Shown here: positions 26,121 to 32,000 of the stretch, piece after piece
Layout: each line of letters starts with the position of its first letter
Position numbering within the stretch: position 1 is the stretch's first letter
Assembly (NCBI RefSeq): GCF_000010625.1
Contig: NC_010296.1
Coordinates: forward strand, 4,920,001 to 4,952,000
Length of the DNA stretch: 32,000 nucleotides
Direction of reading: 5' to 3'
Origin: Microcystis aeruginosa NIES-843
GTDB lineage: Bacteria; Cyanobacteriota; Cyanobacteriia; Cyanobacteriales; Microcystaceae
The notes under the pieces: model-generated
Database searches by the model: none
What the model saw: the letters and a program-made list of their open reading frames with translations, nothing else
Told to the model about the DNA's origin: nothing
Made by a program: the position numbers and the translations under genes

Positions 26121-26368
26121 CGGGACATTTGGCTATATAAACAGGGCAAATAAACTGAATTGACCCCAAAAATTACAAAATTGCTTTTATTTAGCTCATT
26201 TTTGCCTAAAAATAACTTTTTTTGCTAGTATCAGAAAAAAAATAGCGATCACCGTCAATCTTATCCGTAATAACAGCAAGAAATTATGTGGATTATCCTA
26301 GAGCAAATTAATTGTTGCTCCTTGTTAATTACATAATTTATTGAAAATAAAAAGGCAAGATTAGGCTC

Positions 26369-26956
26369 ATGAATATCTTTGACCTTTCTCTCAATTTTTT
26401 TCGCAATTTACAGCTTTTTAATCGACAAAAATCCACCTCTGGCTTAACTCAAGTCGAGATGTTAGTTACCATAATTTTATTAGGAATTCTCTTAACCATT
26501 GCCCTTTCTGTTTATCAGCGTTTAATGGCTTGGATTCGCTTAAATATCGCCACCTTTGAAATATCACAACAGTGGAAAAATACCCGTTATCAAGCCATGG
26601 GAGAAGGTTCTTATCCCCTATCTTTGTGCATGGCAGAAAGTGAAACCGAACAGATTAAAGTGGCAAAAGTGCAAGGGGACGAATGTGAAAATGTCACCGA
26701 TTGGACTCCCATCACTCGCGGCGTTAGCATCGATACTAATAATTCTACCCTACGCCGAGTTAGTGGACCTGTGGGTAATCAAGGTACAATTTATCGCGCT
26801 AGTTGGGCCGATACAAAGGGGGGTTTAGGCGGTTCTTGGGGACAGTTAGGCAGAATTACTTTAATTGCTTCCGGTACACCCGACAAACGCTGTTTATTTT
26901 TATTCCGCGTTGATGGTAGTTGGGATATTCGCCAAGATAATAGATGTGTGCGTTAA
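26369..26956 (+). CDS. Type IV pilin-like (minor pilin/pseudopilin) protein
   Basis: Prepilin-type motif SG/LTQVEMLVTIILLGILLTIAL with Glu at +5 after the predicted cleavage. The leader is unusually long at 25 residues. The C-terminal globular part has Cys pairs. It may be GspH/FimT-like, but that is not verifiable here. Confidence 0.65.
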   Translation: MNIFDLSLNFFRNLQLFNRQKSTSGLTQVEMLVTIILLGILLTIALSVYQRLMAWIRLNIATFEISQQWKNTRYQAMGEGSYPLSLCMAESETEQIKVAKVQGDECENVTDWTPITRGVSIDTNNSTLRRVSGPVGNQGTIYRASWADTKGGLGGSWGQLGRITLIASGTPDKRCLFLFRVDGSWDIRQDNRCVR

Positions 26957-27155
26957 AGCGGCAAAAGTTATCGTTATCTAAGGGAGGGTATCAGCCCAAA
27001 ATCACATTAACGAACACATTACACCAAAATATCGAGAGAGCCAGGCTCAAAAATCTAGAATCCTGACTGATAGCCTTTCTGGGGGGAAACTTAAACGGTT
27101 TTCAGTCCGTCTGGGATTACACTAGAAAATACTCACTTATTCGATCGAGCCGTTC

Positions 27156-27752
27156 ATGATTATTTCCGTCGTAGCACTGAAGGGAGGGGTCGGGAAAACC
27201 ACCACATCGATTCATCTGGCCGCCTATTTTCAGGAAAAAGCGCCCACCTTATTGATCGATGCGGATAAAAATCGTTCGGCTCTCCATTGGTCCCGGGAAG
27301 ACACCCTTCCTTTTATGGTAGCGTCCCAAGCTGGAGCGACGGGACTGGTGAAACAATACACTCATATTATCGTCGATACCCAGGCCCGGCCGGAGCCAGA
27401 CGAGTTAAAAGATTTAGCTCAGGGCAGCGATTTATTAATTTTACCCACCACTCCCAATCATCTCGATATCGATGTCACCATTAAAGCGGCAGAATTGCTG
27501 TCCACGATGACCGATAATTATCGAGTTCTGTTAACCCAAGTGGATTCACGGACAAAAACAGGACGGGAAGCGCGGAAAGCTCTAGAAGAAGCAAAATTAC
27601 CGCTATTTAAGCGAGAAATTCCCCGTTTAGTCGCTTTTGAACGAGCGGCCGAAAAGGGAGTCATCGTCAAAGATTATCCCGACCCCCGGTCTAATTTCGG
27701 TTGGCTTTGTTACCAAGCGGTCGGTAAAGAAATTTTTGCCCTAATGACATAA
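27156..27752 (+). CDS. ParA/MinD-superfamily ATPase (orphan)
   Basis: Deviant Walker A ALKGGVGKTTT at residues 7-17, including the signature Lys. Walker A' LIDAD, Walker B IIVDT. 198 aa. No partner ORF is adjacent. Confidence 0.8.
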   Translation: MIISVVALKGGVGKTTTSIHLAAYFQEKAPTLLIDADKNRSALHWSREDTLPFMVASQAGATGLVKQYTHIIVDTQARPEPDELKDLAQGSDLLILPTTPNHLDIDVTIKAAELLSTMTDNYRVLLTQVDSRTKTGREARKALEEAKLPLFKREIPRLVAFERAAEKGVIVKDYPDPRSNFGWLCYQAVGKEIFALMT

Positions 27753-27907
27753 ATTGTTAAAAAAGTTAATATTAATATTTGTGTCATTTTTCCCCAAAAA
27801 GATACTTAATCTGCATGGGGACTTTTTGTAATCTTCCGTTAAGTGTTCACTCCTAAATCGGTAAAGTCTGAGACAATCAAAAAAGTCTGACTGTAGGAGA
27901 ACCCTCT

Positions 27908-29434
27908 ATGAAATTGGCCTATTGGATGTATGCGGGTCCCGCTCATATTGGCACGTTAAGGATCGCCAGTTCCTTTAAAAATGTTCATGCTATCATGCAC
28001 GCTCCTCTGGGAGACGATTATTTTAACGTCATGCGCTCGATGTTGGAAAGGGAGCGTAATTTTACCCCCGTCACTGCTAGTATTGTCGATCGTAATGTTT
28101 TAGCCCGGGGTTCCCAAGAAAAAGTCGTCGATAATATTGTTCGCAAAGATCGCGAAGAAAGTCCCGATTTAATCGTTTTAACCCCCACCTGCACCTCCAG
28201 CATTCTCCAAGAGGATTTACAAAACTTTGTCGAAAGAGCGCGACAGGATGCCGAGGGGGATGTGCTGCTGGCCGATGTTAACCACTATCGCTATAATGAA
28301 CTACAAGCGGCCGATAAAACCCTCTATCAAATTATCAAATATTATCTCGATAAGGCCCAAAGAAAAGGGGAAATTATCTCGGAGAAAACCCCTAAACCTT
28401 CGGTTAATATTATCGGTATTACCACCCTCGGTTTCCATAACCAACATGATCGCACGGAATTAAAGCGGTTAATGGCAGATTTGGACATTGAAGTTAACGA
28501 AATTATTCCCGAAGCTGCCTCGGTGGACAACTTAAAAAATCTGCCCCGCGCTTGGTTTAATCTGGTTCCCTATCGAGAAGTGGGATTAATGACAGCCAAA
28601 TATCTCGAAAGTGAATTCGCTATGCCCTACGTTGATATTACCCCCATGGGAGTTGTGGAAACAGCGCGCTGTATTCGCAAAATCCAAGAGGTAATTAATC
28701 CCCAAGGTGCAGCAGTAGATTACGAAGATTTTATCAATGAACAAACTCTGCATATCTCCCAAGCTGCTTGGTTTTCTCGTTCCATTGACTGTCAGAATTT
28801 AACGGGGAAAAAAGCGGTGGTTTTTGGTGATAATACCCACGCAGCCGCTATGACAAAAATTCTCGCCAGAGAGATGGGAATTCATGTGGTTTTAGCGGGT
28901 ACTTATTGCAAGTATGATGCGGATTGGTTCCGGGAACAAGTGAGTGAATATTGCGATGAAGTGTTAATTAGTGATGATAATGGCGCGATAGGAGATGCTA
29001 TTGCTCGATTAGAACCAGCGGCGATATTTGGTACTCAAATGGAACGTCACGTTGGCAAACGTTTAGATATTCCCTGTGGAGTCATTGCCGCACCTATTCA
29101 TATCCAAAATTTCCCCCTCGGTTATAAACCTTTCTTAGGTTACGAAGGCACTAATCAGATCGCCGATTTGGTCTATAATTCCTTTACTTTGGGTATGGAA
29201 GATCACCTATTAGAGATATTCGGTGGTCATGATACAAAAGAGGTAATTACTAAAGGTATTTCGGCAGATTCTGACCTAAATTGGAATAAGGAAGCGACGG
29301 CAGAATTGCAGAAAATACCCGGTTTTGTGCGGGGGAAAGTCAAACGAAATACCGAAAAATTCGCCCGGGAGCGAAGTATTGGTGAAATAACTTTAGAGGT
29401 AATGTATGCGGCTAAAGAATCCGTAGGAGCTTAA
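27908..29434 (+). CDS. chlB: Light-independent protochlorophyllide reductase subunit B
   Basis: The N-terminus [62 protein letters not shown] is the highly conserved ChlB signature. 508 aa. Confidence 0.95.
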
Positions 29435-29444
29435 TTATTTCTTG

Positions 29445-29480
29445 GGGCTGAAAGTTAACAGCATTCAGCCCTTTTTTTTT
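29445..29480 (+). terminator. Rho-independent terminator of chlB
   Basis: Stem GGGCTGAA (29445-29452) pairs with TTCAGCCC (29464-29471) around an 11-nt loop, followed by T9 (29472-29480). It starts 11 nt after the chlB stop. Confidence 0.8.
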
Positions 29481-29481
29481 G

Positions 29482-30609
29482 TTATTTACTTAATCCCTTA
29501 AGTATTCTTTCTTCTACTCCTTTCCCCTGAATTAACACTCCAAATCCTCCTAAACCAGTGGGATTGATTAATTGATGTAAGGCATCTCGGCGCTGAAATA
29601 TAGTTAATATATCGATTTTTCCTTGAGAAAGTTCCTTTAATCTATCCCCTAATCCCAAAGCCATTAAAAATAATCCTTGCTGAGTAAAACCGAGATTTTT
29701 TAAGCCTAATTTCTCCCCTTGACGTTGTAAAGCGGTAAAATCCACATGAGTGGTAATATCTTGTTCTCCCACCCACAAATAAGCATGATCATGACGCTGA
29801 TGTTGTCGATAACATTGTAGGGTTCCTTGACTTCTTTGGGGATGATAATATTTTTCGGCAGTGTAACCGTAATCTATGGTTAAGATATAACCTCGATCGA
29901 GTTTCCGATTAACGGTTTCTAACCAGTCTAAAGCTAATAAGTTTACCTCGGTTTGATAACCCTCCGGATAAAGTGGTGAAGGAATATTTATCCCCACTAA
30001 ATCAAAATAGTCTTTGATTCTGTCGGTGGATAAATCTCCGATAATCTCCTGAAAAGGTTCCCCCAATCCCAGATAAATTTCTCGTAATTCTCCCGACTCG
30101 ATCACAACTCGATGGACAGGAAAAGCATCGATTAACTCATTACTAAACACACAACCCACAAGGGAATTATCGGCTAAATCCGGCCAACTTTGCCAAGATA
30201 CCGGGGAATATCCCGCTAAAGTTGCCTGTTGTCTTTCCCTGAGTTTCTGAGATTGTTCGATAATTATATAACTGAGATTTTGATAAAAATCAGCATAGCT
30301 ATCACTTAAATAATCAAGGATATCCTTCGCTAAAATCCCCGAACCTGCTCCCACTTCCACTAAAGTAAATCCAGGGGAATTGCCCAAAAATTCCGCCATC
30401 TCGACAAATTGCTCTGCCAACAATTGGCCAAAATCTGCCCCTAGGGACGAGGAAGTAAAAAAATCTCCTTTTGAGCCAATTTCTACTTTTCCAGAGGTGT
30501 AATAGCCATAATCGGGGTGATAGAGAGCTAAATCCATCCAGCGCTCGAAGCTAATTCGACCCGCTACTGATTGTTTAATTTCCTCTAGGATGATTGCTTC
30601 TAAATTCAT
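29482..30609 (-). CDS. SAM-dependent methyltransferase, MidA/NDUFAF7 (DUF185) family
   Basis: ISFERWMDLALYHPDYGYY N-terminus, the SAM loop LVEVGAGSGILAKD, and a family-typical length of 375 aa. Confidence 0.75.
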   Translation of the reverse strand: MNLEAIILEEIKQSVAGRISFERWMDLALYHPDYGYYTSGKVEIGSKGDFFTSSSLGADFGQLLAEQFVEMAEFLGNSPGFTLVEVGAGSGILAKDILDYLSDSYADFYQNLSYIIIEQSQKLRERQQATLAGYSPVSWQSWPDLADNSLVGCVFSNELIDAFPVHRVVIESGELREIYLGLGEPFQEIIGDLSTDRIKDYFDLVGINIPSPLYPEGYQTEVNLLALDWLETVNRKLDRGYILTIDYGYTAEKYYHPQRSQGTLQCYRQHQRHDHAYLWVGEQDITTHVDFTALQRQGEKLGLKNLGFTQQGLFLMALGLGDRLKELSQGKIDILTIFQRRDALHQLINPTGLGGFGVLIQGKGVEERILKGLSK

Positions 30610-30619
30610 CTTGATCAGG

Positions 30620-30713
30620 GAATTATGAATTATGAATTATGAATTATGAAATGGGAAGTGGGAATTAGGAATTATGAAATGGGAAGTGGGAATTAGGAAT
30701 TAGGAATTAGGAA
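30620..30713. repeat. GAATTAT / GGGAAGT / GGAATTA heptamer arrays
   Basis: (GAATTAT)x4, then interleaved GAAATGG GAAGTGG GAATTAG units repeated twice. The array lies between the 30609 start codon and MITE C2. Confidence 0.9.
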
Positions 30714-31173
30714 GGGTGCATCTAACATTTGCAGAAATACCGACAATCAGCAATTATGGCTCTTCGTTACTTGTTATGGTTCGATAGGGGGGCATAAATC
30801 GACTAAATCCTTATCTGGCAAGAGACTTAATTGATTAGTTCGCTCTAGATAAAAAACAATTGACAAAAAACGCTAAATGCCTTTCTATATAAGGGTTCCA
30901 TCCCTTATAACCCCCGTCCATTGCATAACACAAACCGAAGAGCCGCAATTATCAGTGACTCTTAAATTATTACAGACGTATCAGCAGCTGCGTGTAAGCA
31001 TCCCACCGAAAAACTAATGCGCGGGGGTTTGGGGGCGGCGCCACGCCCCCAACGGGGGGTTTGGGGGGTAGAACCCCCCAAAGGCTTGGATTGAGTGATA
31101 AAATCGAAAGTAACGTCCAATTTTAGCCGAGAGTTTCCCCGTAAAAATCCCAACTTGGTAGATTTACAAAAAT
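30714..31173. mobile_element. MITE family C, copy C2 (inverted, one terminus missing, carries nested D2)
   Basis: Colinear with the reverse complement of 1818-2062. It begins with GGGTGCATCTAACATTTGCAG. The last 11 bp of the distal TIR are absent after ...GATTTACAAAAAT (31173). It is interrupted at 30758-30944 and has an internal G/C-rich duplication at about 31021-31075. Confidence 0.8.
30758..30944. mobile_element. MITE family D, copy D2 (187 bp, 8-bp TSD), nested in C2
   Basis: TIRs GGCTCTTCG.../...CGAAGAGCC. Perfect 8-bp direct repeat GCAATTAT at 30750-30757 and 30945-30952. The uninterrupted homologous site in C1 carries a single related octamer. Confidence 0.9.
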
Positions 31174-31190
31174 TAACTTAAAACTTACAT

Positions 31191-31223
31191 CTGATAACTG
31201 ATAACTGATAACTGATCACTGAT
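31191..31223 (+). repeat. CTGATAA heptamer array
   Basis: CTGATAA x3, CTGATCA, CTGATT, ending directly at the lipA stop codon complement (TTA, 31224-31226). Confidence 0.95.
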
Positions 31224-32000
31224 TTACTCTCCCGCATGATAGGAACTGCGGACTAGGGGGCCAGATCTAACCTGAGAAAACCCCATTTTTTGGGCAATTT
31301 CTCCCAACTCGCTAAATTCTGCGGGAGTCCAATATTTCTGTACGAGCAAATGTTCCAGAGAAGGACGCATATATTGACCAATAGTAACTCGATCGCAGTT
31401 GATCGCGCGTAAATCTGCCAAAGTCTCGATAATTTCCTCTTTTGTCTCACCGTGACCGACCATTAAGCCGGATTTCGTCGGAATTGACCGATCGATTTCC
31501 TTAACATAACGCAAAACCGCCAAAGAGCGATCGTATTTAGCCCCGCGTCTAACCGGTCCTTGCAAACGGCGCACCGTCTCGATATTGTGATTGTAACAGG
31601 CAGGTTTTGCCCCTACCACCGTCGCCACCCGTTCCTGTTGACTTCCCTTACCTCCAGCAAAATCCGGGGTTAACACCTCAATTAAAGTGTGGGGATTGAG
31701 TTCGCGAATGGCTGTCATCGTCCGCACGAACCAACTGGCTCCGCCGTCTTCCATATCATCTCTGGCTACAGAAGTCAAGACAACGTAACTTAAATTTAAC
31801 AATTGCACCGCTTCTGCCACTTTTTGCGGTTCCTCCACATCGAGAGGCATGGGTGCGTGACCCTTATCCACTTGACAAAAAGCACAGGACCGGGTACAGG
31901 TGGGACCCATCAACAAAAAAGTCGCCGTACCTTGGGCATAACATTCGCCGCGATTGGGACAGCGACCCTCCTCGCAGATAGTATGAATGTTCCTTTGTTT
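31224..32000 (-). CDS. lipA: Lipoyl synthase (partial; N-terminus beyond the window)
   Basis: Radical-SAM CTRSCAFC. The frame stays open upstream of the track ORF and encodes ...[26 protein letters not shown], the auxiliary-cluster Cys motif, so the gene continues past 32000. Confidence 0.9.
   Translation of the reverse strand, partial: KQRNIHTICEEGRCPNRGECYAQGTATFLLMGPTCTRSCAFCQVDKGHAPMPLDVEEPQKVAEAVQLLNLSYVVLTSVARDDMEDGGASWFVRTMTAIRELNPHTLIEVLTPDFAGGKGSQQERVATVVGAKPACYNHNIETVRRLQGPVRRGAKYDRSLAVLRYVKEIDRSIPTKSGLMVGHGETKEEIIETLADLRAINCDRVTIGQYMRPSLEHLLVQKYWTPAEFSELGEIAQKMGFSQVRSGPLVRSSYHAGE

Noticed and set aside
27156-27752. ParA-like ATPase as the carboxysome-positioning McdA
   Set aside because: As I recall, characterised McdA proteins lack the signature lysine of the deviant Walker A box. 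This protein has the canonical KGGVGKT, no McdB-like small ORF follows it, and no carboxysome genes are nearby.
30770-30800. GGTTCGATAGG, resembling a tRNA T-arm
   Set aside because: It lies inside MITE D, with the same sequence inverted at about 15535-15550. No acceptor stem or anticodon arm can be built around it.
30962-31153. 63-aa ORF on the minus strand
   Set aside because: It lies entirely inside MITE C2. Its Gly/Pro/Arg-rich translation comes from the G/C hairpin duplication, and the equivalent frame is not conserved in copy C1.

Overview
This is a chromosomal window from a cyanobacterium, most likely a Microcystis-type unicellular strain. That assignment is an inference from at least 10 HIP1 octamers (GCGATCGC), heptamer tandem arrays (CTGATAA, GAATTAT, GGGAAGT, CCCCACA), a heavy MITE load, and chlB, desA and pentapeptide-repeat genes. 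I support 27 CDS, mostly housekeeping: desA, an ABC ATPase, rsmG, a CAX antiporter, a DUF218 protein, an M50 protease, an MBL-like protein, thiL, ffh, hslO, ppx, an alpha/beta hydrolase, trmL, a pilin-like protein, a ParA-like ATPase, chlB, a MidA/DUF185 methyltransferase and lipA (runs off the right edge). I found no rRNA gene, tRNA gene or CRISPR array. Nearly all intergenic space is non-autonomous mobile DNA. I could delimit six MITE families from terminal inverted repeats (TIRs) plus target-site duplications (TSDs), including two nested insertions and one insertion inside a stop codon. The only accessory islet is 21.63-25.62 kb: MITEs, a solitary C5 DNA methyltransferase with no nuclease partner, a small RHH-like protein and an intact IS630-family element. 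I do not see a convincing multi-gene novel system. The best leads are (i) a ~118-bp promoter/RBS/start cassette of the RHH gene duplicated upstream of the methyltransferase, (ii) a strict orientation rule for CTGATAA arrays relative to the CDS they abut, and (iii) TA-targeted insertions landing in or next to stop and start codons. All homology calls rest on motif recognition by eye, with no database search.
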